DNA of 64,000 nucleotides from Nemertoderma westbladi (Eukaryota > Animalia > Xenacoelomorpha). This document shows, in pieces, positions 42,146-53,723 of the stretch. The first letter of the stretch is position 1. Every line of letters begins with the position of its first letter. Below the pieces are notes generated by a model. That model saw only the letters and a program-made list of their open reading frames with translations, made no database searches and was not told the DNA's origin. The DNA is taken from contig JAUCBJ010005423.1 of NCBI GenBank assembly GCA_032718475.1, forward strand, positions 1 through 64,000. The letters are read 5' to 3'. The position numbers and the translations under genes are program-made.

Positions 42146-43890
42146 TTGGACCAAGGAGATACTGTTCAGTGAGGAGGGAGCCACACAGGGGGACCCGCTG
42201 GACATAATGTTTTACGCAACGGGAGTTCTTCCTTTAATTCGGCGGCTCCTGTCTCCAGAAACTCGACAGAACTGGTTTGCCGACGACTCCGCTGCAGCAG
42301 GGAAACTCAAAGATATCTTGAAGTGGTTCCATCGGTTGAAGGAGGAAGGACCAGCCCTCGGATACTTCCCTGAACCATCCAAGAGTTATCTCGTGGTTTA
42401 ACCAGCACATATGGAGGAGGCAAGGCGGATCTTTTCGGGTTACTCCATCAATGTCATCACGGGGTACCGATTCCTTGGTGGTTTTCTGGGCCAGGCATCA
42501 GATAAGACAGCATTTGTGGGGGCCAAGGTCGCTGCTTGGGTTGACGCCGTCGACAGACTGACAGAGATGGCTGCCGAACAGCCACAAGCTGCGTTTTCAG
42601 CCATAGCCTGCTCCCTGCAGAGGGAATGGGCTTACCTCCAGCGTGTCACACCGGACTGCAGCCACGAGTTCCATATCCTCGAGGAAGCGATCACACAACG
42701 TTTCCTTCCTGCAATACTCGGAGGCGAAATATCCGCCAAGGAACGCAGACTGTTCGCCCTATCCCCGCGCTCTGGTGGATTGGGCCTGTGCAATCCAGTC
42801 GTAGAGGCTACTCCCTCCTTTAACACTTCCCGTACAGGAACCAGCCAACTCAGTGAGGCCATCCTCAGTGAAGAAAAATTCTCATTGGCGGACCTCCTCG
42901 CTGGTCTGCAGGAGGCACAGAAAACGGGGCGTGTGGAACAGTTGGCTCGAGAGGAAATCGAGTTCAAAGAGGTACAAGAAGACATGCCTCAAGTACATCG
43001 CCGAACCATGCAACGAGCCGCCGATTTTCGCATCAGTGGCTGGGTTTCCAGCCTCCCTTGTGCCGAGCATAACCTCGACCTTTCCCCACAAGAGTTTCGG
43101 GATGCGCTGGCCATCCGCTATGGTCGCCCCCTCGTCTCCTTTCTCAGCTGGTGCGATGGTTGTAGGGCCCTCTTCGATTTAAACCATGGTCTAAACTGTA
43201 AGAAGGGGGTCTCGTTATCCAACGGCACAACGAGCTCAGGGACGTTGTGGGCGACCTAGCAGCAATAGCATTCGGGCCACAAAATGTCACTTGTGAGCCA
43301 GTCGTACGGGAACAGCAGGGGGTCAATGGAGCTTCAGGTCTTTGTTGCGACGTGGGTATTCGGGGGGCTTTCAACCCACAGACCCAGGTGTTGATCGACA
43401 TCAGGTTGGTTAATCTTGATGCCGGGGCGTATGTGGGCCGCCCCGCAAGCTCCGTCCTCGAGTCGGCCGAAGATGAAAAGAAGCAGCTCTACTCAGATGC
43501 AGTCTGGGCTCGGCGCGACGATTTCTCGCCATTTGTCGTGTCATGTGACGGGGTCTTGGCCCCCCAAGCGAACAAACTCCTCTGGACTCATTGCCTCAAA
43601 ACTTCACCAGAGGTGGGCCAGGCCCTACAGCGTCGTGATGGGTTGGGTTAGAACCTGGATCCAACTGGCAGTCATCCGCGGGGCTTCCCACTGTCTCAGG
43701 GGATCGAGGACAAAGTGGAGAAGTGGACTTGGGTTGGAAGACGGTGCGGGAATGCATAATTCATAATTCATAAACATATGTCATCAGTACACGGTTTATA
43801 TAGTTGCTAATAGCCTAGCCTGGCCTACTAAGAAGATTCCCTTAAATTTTTATGTGTATTGTTATTGTTTATGTTTGTTGTTATGATATT
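42146..43890 (+). mobile_element. 3' half of the same CRE-clade element: RT core, CCHC knuckle and restriction-like endonuclease (pseudogenised)
   Basis: EEGATQGDPL, WFADD, GYFPEPSKS, RFLGG, GGLGL, CDGC...H...C, RHNELRD (after a frameshift near 43210), DVGIRG...DIR and EKKQLY...FSPFVVSCDG. Internal stop at 42399-42401; final stop at 43764-43766, followed by an AT-rich 3' UTR of uncertain end. Confidence 0.9.
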
Positions 43891-43919
43891 AATTAATTTA
43901 AACAAATTCGAGTTTATTA

Positions 43920-44145
43920 GCTACCATTAAATAGAATAAATGGCCTGCAGCAAACAATAATTCTTGCAATATTTGAACGCCTATATCTCTGCTGTTTCTC
44001 AACGAAATTCAGATATTGTTATATATTTGAAATCCTTGCAACGCAAGCTTTCTTTTTTTAGGGGGGAGGGTGGGGGGGGGGGGGGTCCGTGTTATCAGAA
44101 AATGACACTACATTACGGGTCATCGGGCATGGTATAATAGGGTAA
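43920..44145 (+). mobile_element. Fragment (internal part and right end) of the MITE family seen at 39805-40518
   Basis: AACAATAATTCTTGCAAT is shared with ~40243-40260, and ATCAGAAAATGACACTAcATTACGGGTCAT is shared with ~40476-40505. Confidence 0.6.
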
Positions 44146-44619
44146 GCCCGGGTAACATTGATATAAAATTGGAAACAACGAATCAGGAGCTAGAATTGTT
44201 GTCGTATATTATGATAAGAGGGAGATTTGATTTAAATTTTTAAAACTAATATTCTAATCTGTCTAAGGTTTTAATGGTTTTTGAGTAACAATTCATTGTA
44301 AAAATGTAATAAATAATTTTGAAACAACCTACCAGTATATCCTATACAATATAGTTTCCTACCTAATATGTGACATATTTCCAATATTTACAAATACAAT
44401 GTTTTTTTTCTATTTCAAATCACACCAATATGTCAAAACCAATTTAATTTTACCTCGAAACGACATTAGAATGAATTTTGTTATTTTTGTGGAAAATGCC
44501 ACATTTAGCGTATTTTGTTTCAAAATGGAACCGACGAAGTGTACCATCTATTAATTAAGTGTTCGAATAAAATAAATAACTATAATTATAACTCTAGAAG
44601 ATTATTTTAAATTATAATT

Positions 44620-44790
44620 TTATTTCGGGCATTCGGATTGCATTCTCCACATGGCGAAGTTGACTACCCCGGCATAGGTAACCCAGGCAACATAGGAGAC
44701 CATAAGATGTCCGGAATGCGGTGGGACGTATCGGAAGACAGTGGCGCAGGAAAGAGCGGCACCCCAGACCGTCAACACATCCGTCAGAGC
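44620..44790 (-). pseudogene. TSPO: Terminal exon of a TSPO/MBR-family (translocator protein) gene; isolated in this window and possibly decayed
   Basis: The acceptor ttttgtttattag is followed by phase-0 ALTDVLTVWGAALSCATVFRYVPPHSGHLMVSYVAWVTYAGVVNFAMWRMQSECPK*. This matches the TSPO TM4-TM5 pattern (ALxD..., xYxAW..., NxxxWR), and the vertebrate last exon also starts at ALVD. No upstream TSPO exon was found. Confidence 0.75.
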
Positions 44791-44892
44791 CTAATAAACA
44801 AAAATAAACGAATGTGAAAATATATACAATTAAATAATAAATAAATAAACAATTAATAGAAAGCGGTACTAGCGGTACTAAATCCGTCTCTA

Positions 44893-44995
44893 GGGGGAAA
44901 ATCGACGCAAATAACAGCTGTTTACTTCCAAAAATAAAACTGTATGTGACTTTCGTTTATTGTTTTGGATAGAATCACATGCCGCTGTAACCTGC
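44893..44995 (+). repeat. Dispersed repeat fragment with a second copy at ~50913-51017
   Basis: GGGGAAAAT...GCAAATAACAGCTG.TTACT..CAAAAATAAAACT...GTTTATTGTTTT...TGCC.CTGTAAC is present at both sites. Confidence 0.6.
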
Positions 44996-45053
44996 CCTTT
45001 TCCGCTAATTGATGAGTATCGTTGTTAACACCCCGAGATCGAGATGTGATTTA

Positions 45054-45455
45054 TGTGGATGCCAGCCCAGAGCAGCGTCCAGTGTGGATGCCAGACCAGA
45101 GTAGCGGCCAGTGTGGATGCCAGCTCAGAGCAGCAGCCAGTGTGGATGCCAGACCAGAGCAGCGGCCGTGTGGATGCCAGCCCAGAGCATCGGCCAGTGT
45201 GGATGCCAGCCCAGAGCAGCGGCCAGCGTGGATGCCAGCCCAGAGCAGCGGCCAGTGTGGATGCCAGACCAGAGCAGCGGCCGTGTGGATGCCAGCCCAG
45301 AGCATCGGCCAGTGTGGATGCCAGCCCAGAGCAGCGGCCAGCGTGGATGCCAGCCCAGAGCAGCGGCCAGTGTGGATGCCAGCCCAGAGCAGCGGCCGTG
45401 TGGATGCCAGACCAGAGCAGCGGCCGTGTGGATGCCAGCCCAGAGCAGCGGCCAG
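45054..45455. repeat. GC-rich 29/27-bp minisatellite, ~14 units (TGTGGATGCCAGCCCAGAGCAGCGGCCAG)
   Basis: Tandem units are directly visible and explain the four overlapping repetitive ORFs at 45022-45499. Confidence 0.97.
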
Positions 45456-46089
45456 TTAAGTTAACTTTTGCAACACCTCTGTTTACACAACAAATTTGAT
45501 AGATTGGTTTCTATTTCATCTCCTAAATGTTTGTAGTAGTAGAAGATTATGATTTTCAATAGTATAAGAATACGTAAACGAAGATCTATAACGTGTAAAA
45601 TGCTTTTATAATTATTTATTCAATATGTTTCAGTATCACAACAAACAATAGTTGAACCTACATGTTCGAGTATTAGGCCTACAAATACATAAATTACATC
45701 ATGAATCGTACTGCATGATATATTTTCAAATTTATAGCCACGTCCTGCAATCACAATCCAACGTATTATCCACTAACCTGCATTTACACCAAATGGTACT
45801 ATAGTAGAATAGAGTACAATGTTTAACACGATAACACGTATTACAACATTCCCGCGTAACGGGTTGAAATTTGGTACTCAGGTGAAGGGAATCAGGCCAG
45901 GGACACCTACAAAGTCTGACGACGAATTTTACAAAGTCTGACTGATTTACTGCCCCATCAAAACTGTGTTTCACAACCAGAGCAAACTGGTACTCATTAA
46001 TTTACAAACATGATCGATCATATTAATCTTTATCATCATCTTATTAATCTTCTCCTACACATGGTATTTGGATATTTAATGTTATACAT

Positions 46090-46710
46090 TGTAAAAGTTT
46101 ATTAATTATTATGCGTAAAGGTTTAAGAATTGATGAATATGTGCCCCTCAATATAATTCCGCATGTAATGTATTTATATACATATTTGGTGCAGAGCCAT
46201 AGGTTAATTAATAAGGTACTGTTAGTGAATAGGGTATATTCAGTTTTTTTAAGTTTAGTAAAAGTTTATTATCAGTTAACCAGTTATTTAATTTTGAAAG
46301 TTCATTGTTCGTACTGTTGTGTAGATCGTGGATGTCCGAATGAGTGTGAGTTTAATAAAGTTGTATAGTCTGCAAAATTCGATCTCGTATCAGAACAATA
46401 ATTCTGGCCAATATGGAAGGATGACTGGCAGGCGTTCCGATCTCATCTGGCCTAGCTAACTTATACTCAGAGGATCCAGCTCAGAGATGAGAATCCTGCG
46501 CCGATCTACTTAGACTCACTTCGCGCCAGACACGGGCAGAGCTCCATGGTGCTTTCTCACGCCACACCAAATGCCATCGTGCGCGGCCTCAACCTCATCA
46601 CAGAGGAGATGCCGATGCCAACAGCGTCATTGTAGGGCTGGAAGCTCACATTGGTGGAACAAACAAACAGATTTACCGACAGAAACTCCCCCTTCGAGCA
46701 AGGAACCACC
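46090..46710 (+). mobile_element. Possible decayed Ty3/Gypsy LTR plus gag remnant
   Basis: A TGT...ACA segment (~46090-46397) contains AATAAA. It is followed by broken frames WKDDWQAF, AIVRGLNL and VIVGLEAHIGGTNKQIYRQK, which resemble invertebrate Gypsy gag. No PBS confirmed. Confidence 0.35.
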
Positions 46711-46979
46711 CTGAGTCTTGTGTTATAGAAGCGTATCAACAAGAAATATATTTTATGGGTATGTATTCCAGTACTCGGAAAGATTGTTGGTTGGGATCTA
46801 ATTCAAACTCCCTTGGTATTTGTATTATTGTTATTGTATTATTGTATTATTGTGTATTATTATTATTGTTATACGATTTCTGCCTCTGAGGGCCTTCTTC
46901 CTGGTATTAATCAATATAAATGATACAAGTTAAAATTATTCCTTATTAAACAAGGACTTTAATTAATTTTCCCATTGTT

Positions 46980-47148
46980 CATAATTAATACTTTTCATCA
47001 CTCAATATGTTATTACCCTTATAAGATTGTCGGCAAATAAGACCTCTCATTCTATTAACAGCGACAAATTATCTTTTAATCTTTCGAATCTGTCATAAAA
47101 TAATTTTATCCAATATTCCAGACCGAGTTGCTTCTTTGCCGTGCATAT
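46980..47148 (+). repeat. Left copy of a ~170-bp target-site duplication of the RTE at 47149-49520
   Basis: Direct repeat of 49532-49699 (CATAATT...CACTCAATAT...GACCGAGTTGCTTCTTTGCCGTGCATAT). It ends exactly at the element's tail. Confidence 0.9.
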
Positions 47149-49520
47149 ACTACTACTACTAGGATCGGCATGCTGCATTGCAGCTGCATTTTTAAGAATG
47201 CTGTGCCGGCTTGTCGATAAAATTGCACCACCACAACTCCCTACCACCCATGACATTTGCTAGATCATCCGCATACTACTACTACTAGGATCGGCATGCT
47301 GCATTGCAGCTGCATTTTTAAGAATGCTGTGCCGGCTTATCGACAAAATTGCACCGCCACAACTCCCTATCACCCATGACATTTGCTAGATCATCCACAT
47401 CTTCAAGGCCAGTGTCCTTTAAGATGCGTCTCAAGAAAGTCATGGGCTGTCCACCATGCTTATTCACTCCATGAGGCTGCCAAAGTACAAGATTATGCAC
47501 GGGCTGGTCCTCACGGCGAAAGCAATGTCCTGCAAAGCGGAGGCGATTTTGTTCTAGTGTCAAGCTTGGGGGAACCAGGCAACCAATGAGATAACTCCAA
47601 TGTTATATAGTGTCTGGTTGGAGATGTGTGCCACAACTTGACACAATGAACCCGGCGTAGCATTCTTGTGAATGTGCCATCCAGAGATTTGGTGTCCTCA
47701 GCAGTTAGAGCCCAGCATGGACTCCCATAGAGGAGTACTGAAACTACTGCTGCTCTAAATAATCGGACCTTAAGTTTCCGATTAATTCTCGGTGACTTCC
47801 AAATCCTGCAAAGCCTATTCAAGGCTGCCCATGCCTTTCCCTTACGTATTCGAAGGTCCTCACCTGACTTCCGGATCCATGATCCCACATAACAGAAGTC
47901 GACCACATGCCCAAGCATACCATCCTTTGAGCTTATGCTCATCCGATCAGAGACTTGCTGAGGACTTTCAAAGTTAACTGTCAAAATTTTGGTCTTTCTA
48001 GAGTTCATAAAAAGACCAACACTAGAAGTAGCATGTTCTAATGAGCTGAGGAGCCGTTGGGCTCGTTGATTCTGAGAGTACTCTGAAGTCATCAGCAAAG
48101 TCTAGATCAGTTAGGTACTTGGCAGGATTTCCTCGATTTCTGGAGCCAGTAGGTGGAGTTATCATCACCCCATCATCATTATGATGATCTAAGGACATGC
48201 GTAGAACATAGTCAACCACAATTATGAACAAGAATGATGCAAGTGTGTCACCCTGGAGGACGCCCCTTAACATTTCAAATGGTTCTGTGTCACCGTCAAC
48301 AGTAGACACAAATGTTGTCAAACCATCGTATACTGATCTGATTGCTGCAATAATTTCATCAGGAATCCCATATAATGAAAGTATGCTGAACATACGTGAA
48401 TGAGAGACTGAATCAAAGGCCTTGAAGAAGTCAACAAAGATAACAACCAGATGCCTGTCTTTCTTGTTTGATAACTCTTAAATTATCCTTCTAAGTTCCA
48501 AAATGGGCTCCATGGTCACACGACCTTTACAGAACCCATTCTGATTTCCACGGAGCAGTCTCTCAATGAGATCCCTGATGCGATTTAATAGAATTCTATT
48601 GTATAGCTTTGCAGCAATCGAGATCAATGAGATTCCCTGAAAAGAACCATAAAGTGATAGGTTGCCCTTCTTGGGAACTGGCACCGACTTATTTGTTTTC
48701 ATTTCTTGTAGGACTCTTGTTGTTCGGTACATGTCTACTATGATGGGATAGATGAGCTTTAAACACTCAGATATTTTAAAGACCTCAGGGGGAACACCAT
48801 CTACTCTACTGGCATGATTGGTCTTAATGCTCTTTGCAGCAGCCTTCACTTCTGCAATGGAGATATCGCCAATGGGAATATATGGGAGTACAGACTCAGA
48901 CACTTTTACTTCTATAAAGTTATCAGGCAATACCCTGTCATTATTGAGGAGCTTTTCAAAGTGGGCCTTCCAACCATTGAGGCGATCGGCTGGTGATTCA
49001 GCCGTAACCTTGGTGGTTGGTTGGCTTTTCCGCCCAGTAAACAAGTTGATCGATTTCCATGCCTGGGATGATTGCCTGCTGTCTTCAGCATCATTGATGG
49101 CATCAACCTGTTGGTTTATTAGCTCCTGTAGATTAACAGAGTACTGCCTGTTCAGGGACCTTTATTCAGCCTTAACTGCATTCTTGGCCGCTGTAGTCTG
49201 TTTGAGTCGGGACTCTTTCTGCGCATTATAGAGTCATTTCGGCACTTCTGAAATTTTGTTGTCAGTCCAGGGGGCCCTTTTCCTGTTTTGAGGGTATACA
49301 GGAACTGTTTCTGCAGCTGCTAACTTAACTGGTTCTGTGAAGGCACTATAGCCCTCACAGTGATCTGCCGCCTCAGAGGCAAGAACCTCGTACCGATTGC
49401 TCAGCTGTAGTTTGAAGCTGGATCTCACACTTTGCTGTTGCAACAGAGAGGACCAGTCATGCCGCGGCAAGGCAGATTTCGTTGTTCTGATAGCACGCAG
49501 ACTAAGTCTTACCTTAGCTT
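47149..49520 (-). mobile_element. 5'-truncated RTE-clade LINE (linker, RT, C-terminus) with duplicated 3' end and (TAG)n tail; pseudogenised
   Basis: Minus-strand fragments: AKVRLSLRA (end of the APE domain), PVPKKGNLS, NQNGF, FVDFFKAFDS, GVLQGDTLASFLF, DLDFADD, SVLLYGS, RLRFAGHC, ending VDKPAQHS*. Tails read ACTACTACTACTA on + at 47149 and 47275. Confidence 0.93.
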
Positions 49521-49531
49521 AATTGCCTTGG

Positions 49532-49699
49532 CATAATTTGTACTTTTAATCACTCAATATATTATTACCCTTATAAGATTGTCGGCAAATAAGACCTCTC
49601 ATTTTATTAACAGCGAGAAATTATCTTTTAATCTTTCGAATCTGTCATGAAATAATTTTATAAACTCACCAGACCGAGTTGCTTCTTTGCCGTGCATAT
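49532..49699 (+). repeat. Right copy of the ~170-bp target-site duplication
   Basis: Direct repeat of 46980-47148, starting within ~12 bp of the RTE's truncated 5' end. Confidence 0.9.
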
Positions 49700-50369
49700 T
49701 GTTGGCCATGTGTAACTCAAACCCAATTGTATCGCATAGAGAATGAGTGGTGTTGCCGGTGACACGCTCTGGTTCTGCCAAACCAAGTATGAAATATATC
49801 CTATACCTATATTTATAAGAAAAAATATAAATATTACAAATAAATTCCAGCATATTATCTGAACTTGTACAAGCGACAATTTAACCAACTCGAGACCCAC
49901 ATGGGCTCAACTCGATCCTTGCTCCACTCTCCCATCCCGTTCTTCGCGTGTCAATCTTCTAGTCCCCAACGCCATAATCTCTTCCGGGACATGAAAATAA
50001 TCCAGCCACCCCTCTACACCAGACTATCTGCTCCTAACACCACAAACTGGTTTCTGATACTATAAATTTGTTCCTCCCTGGACCATGTCAATAAATTCAT
50101 ACCACAGTCCAGTCACTCACCATCTCCAGACAAATGATAAACCATGAAGGCTACTGTACTTACTACTTTACTTAGTTTTCTCTTCTGCAAGCGCCTCATT
50201 CAAATTAAATACTAATTGTTCTATACAATGTCTTATACAGTAGTATTATGGTGTTTCACCGGGTCTAATCCCAAAATTAAATATTATCGAGAATAAATAG
50301 GCCTACATAGTTATTGTGTTTAAATACTACAATCTGACAGTAGAAGAATAGCAGCAGTAGGCCTAATAA

Positions 50370-50630
50370 TTGACTCCTCACCTGCATGACTTAACATATG
50401 AACAGCGAGTGCCAGTGTCCTTGGGAGCGGACAAGACCATATGGGAAAGCTATAACCCCCATAGTAATCGTGCTCATGTAGATTGCGGTGTACGCAGTAC
50501 CAGGCCAGGGTGCCAGCCAGACTGGGGACGGCTATAGCCCCAGCAATAGGGAGAGACCATGGCATGTTAGGGAGATACCGTGTCAACCAATATTCGGTTG
50601 ATATACCCGGGCACTGCGTCATTATTGTTA
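50370..50630 (+). mobile_element. Putative SINE-like structured element
   Basis: GC-rich island in AT-rich DNA with a GTGTCCTTGGG motif, stems CTGGGG/CCCCAG, TCAACC/GGTTGA and ACGCAGT/ACTGCGT, and a short ATT-type tail. No A/B boxes confirmed. Confidence 0.35.
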
Positions 50631-52595
50631 CAAAAGTTTTCTTACTGTTTAGTTACTTTTTTTATGTTACTCCACCGGCACCTATTGACTCTAAAGTAAT
50701 GTATTTTTTGCGGTGTCCACTGATTTAAGATACAGAACTGTAGAGCTCTAACTATATCTTAGGCTTACTGTATTTGGTTATCTTTAAATTGTATTTTTTA
50801 TAAGGCGTTTCAGTTACTTCTAAAAAATGATTGTTTAGGTCTATCTATTTCTCTTACAATTACAGCTTTGGGGGGGGGGGGACTGGACGCAATAAAAATT
50901 AATGCCTCTCCAGGGGAAATTGGAGGCAAATAACAGCTGATTACTCTCAAAAATAAAACTATAACCTGTTCTATTGTGTTTAGTTTATTGTTTTGATTAA
51001 CGTGCCACTGTAACTGCGCGCTACTTCCTCCTGTCGACACCGGCTGTCATTTATTTAACCATTAATTTTTTGTGTTTTTGAGTGTTTTTTGATAATCGTG
51101 ATGGAGCTAGTAATTTTTTTACTACACAGCCTATATATATAAGCTAATACCATACAGTAGTATGTATTTAAAATGTTTAAAACTGATTTTTTTCAATATG
51201 TTGCGTGTATAGGTGTTCTTGGTTGGTTGAAAAGCCTAAATTATTATCCTAGAATAATAGCTGGATCTCATTCACGAATACTTTGCTGAATTTAGATTCA
51301 GAAAACTGTACCGCCATACGATGTTAAATATCAAACGATTTTTAATATAAGCTTAAACTGTTATAATACCGGTATCATCTATATTTTTGGTCATTAATAT
51401 ATTCGGCAACGGTTCCGCCCGTCCCCCAATATTCAGATTTTTTACTACCTATTTTTATGCAGTTTTTTTACATATATTAATGTTCTAGAACATATCCCGC
51501 GGCAAAAAAATATATTTATTTTTTATGGTAGCTAGTATTTTTTGTCTAGCTAGTGTTTTTAAAAAAATTACTAGCTATTTTTAAGCGCAATTTTATTTTT
51601 TTCAGAAAATTTCCACTTTTTATAAATTTTCTAGAACAAAATATAACTTATAAGTAGATATCGGGACAATGAATGGTGAATGAATGTAATGCTAACTCTA
51701 TCAGAAACAAAATATAACTCGTTCTAGATCATAATTAAAAAAACTATTATAAAATGTTCTAGAACACTTTACACAAACACTAAAAGGTAACAGCTAACAA
51801 ACTTGTACATTTTGGTATAAAATTAAAATGGGGTACTAGTGTAGCACCGTGTCACCCTTATTCTGCCTTTTTTATAGCTGTTTTATAGCTGTTTTTCACT
51901 ATTGATTTATGTTCTGGAACATATTTGGACTCATTACATGATACATTTTTGTGGTAGCTAGTGTTTTTGATGTTAGCTAGTGTTTTTTTTCATTATAGCT
52001 ATTTTAAAAAATGTTCTTGAATTCACGTTATATTTTATTTTCTTGTTAAATTTTTGTGATTGTAGTGATTTTGATGGTAGCTAGTGTTTTTTTTCATCAT
52101 AGCTATTTAAAAAAAATGCTGTTGAAATCCCGGCACTACTGGGTACCGGTTGTGTGACCATTTTTTAAATTAAAAAAAATACGGAAATTTTGGTTATTTT
52201 TGTTATTGGTAAGTGTTCTAGAACATTAGTAGATATTTTTTTATGGTGGCTACTGTAAAATAATATATAATAATAAAAAATGTAAATCATTGATATTTCA
52301 GGTTTAAATTGTTGTAGAATATATTAATGACCAAAAATATTGATGATATTATAAAAGTTTACAGTGTATATTAATTCTTTTTAAATTTGTTTACTTTCTT
52401 AAAAAAATACAAGCTAGTAAAAGCTATCTCAGCTTCATTCCCCTGGGCGCCAGAATGGCTCGCTACGCCTCTGCATGGCAACAGATAAGAGTTCTAGAAC
52501 AAAAAATATATAATACACACTATTGTAGAAAAAAATAATATAAAAAAATCATTGTTCTAGAACATATAGCTAGTAATTTTTAAATTTAAAATAGC

Positions 52596-53723
52596 GGTAC
52601 TACTATGTTAGGGGTACCCACTTTTTGACCATTTATTTGACAATGTTAATGACTATTATCTTGAGGTTTTTTGTTTTATAACATTAATGTCATCTTCTGT
52701 TAGACGTTAGCTATTGTTTTTTTATGGTAGCTAGTGATTTCTTTTAGGTAGCTACTGTTTTTAAAATTACAAAACCAAATTTTTGGTACCTAATTTTTGA
52801 TCAATTTTTTTACCATATTATTGGATATTATCATGATGTTTTTCTTTCTAGAACATAAATTTCACCTTCTGAGAGAGGTTACCTATTATTTTTTATTAAG
52901 GTAGCTAGTGTTTTTAAAGGTAGCTAGTGATCTTAAAATTACAAAATAATATTTTGGACCATGTTAATGGATATTTATCAAGATGGTTTTTTGTTCTAGA
53001 ACATAAATTATTTCACCTTCTGAGAGAGGTTAGCTATTATTTTTTATTATGGTAGCTAGTGTTTTTAAAGGTAGCTAGTGATCTTAAAATTACAAAAGAA
53101 ATTTTGTAGTGCCCCTTTTATTTAGACAATTTCCATATCATCAATATTATTCTCGAAATGACTAATAAAAAGATAAATAAATCTAGTAATAAGTAAAATA
53201 GGCCTAAATAAGTAAAATTTGTAAAAACTCTATTTTGACATCTGCCTATATTTTGTATAAAAAACTAGCTAGTGAATAATTACTAGCTACTTTGACTATC
53301 AAATATAAATTACTAGCTGCCATGACTTATTCCATGCAAATATATAATTGAGAATTAAATTACCGGTATACCTTACATTTACTAGCTAATAAATAGTACT
53401 AGCTAACACAAAATTAAAAGTACTACTGTAGCGACTATCTTACTGTCAGAAGGTCAAATATTTGTTCTAGATAAAAAACCTCATAATAAAATATACGTAT
53501 TTTTACAAGAAAAAAGTTTGTCAAATTGTTTTTCAATTTTTCAATTATAATTTTTTTCACTAGCTAATAAAAAGTACTAGCTAACACAAAATCAAAATTA
53601 CTAGCTACCATCGTACTGGCAGAAGGTCAAATATTTGTTCTAGAACAAAAAACCTCATGATAAAAGCCATTTTTATATGAAAAAATTTGTTTAAAAAGTG
53701 GGTACCCATAACATAGTAGTACC
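52596..53723. mobile_element. Merlin-superfamily MITE, ~30-bp TIR, 8-bp TSD
   Basis: TIRs GGTACTACTATGTTAGGGGTACCCACTTTTT and AAAAAGTGGGTACCCATAACATAGTAGTACC; flanks AAAATAGC and AGAATAGC. Confidence 0.88.

Noticed and set aside
40504-43401. Many overlapping antisense and alternative-frame ORFs as separate genes
   Set aside because: They are shadows of the GC-rich CRE coding sequence.
44061-44086. G-run as a functional G-quadruplex (also C/G runs at ~35644 and ~50869)
   Set aside because: Simple homopolymer tracts, one inside a repeat fragment; lengths are error-prone and there is no supporting context.
45022-45499. Cys-rich repetitive protein (MPAQSSGQCGCQ)
   Set aside because: A product of the 29/27-bp minisatellite, whose main period is not a multiple of three and which is open in several frames.
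46959-46991. Resemblance of the RTE target edge (TTAATTAATTTTCCCATTGTTCATAA) to the satellite monomer, suggesting target specificity
   Set aside because: Needs several gaps in very AT-rich sequence, and the second TSD copy matches less well; chance similarity is likely.
49860-50200. Upstream TSPO exon or CR1/L2 fragment
   Set aside because: No TSPO motifs on the minus strand; only faint LINE-like words on the plus strand, not enough to call.
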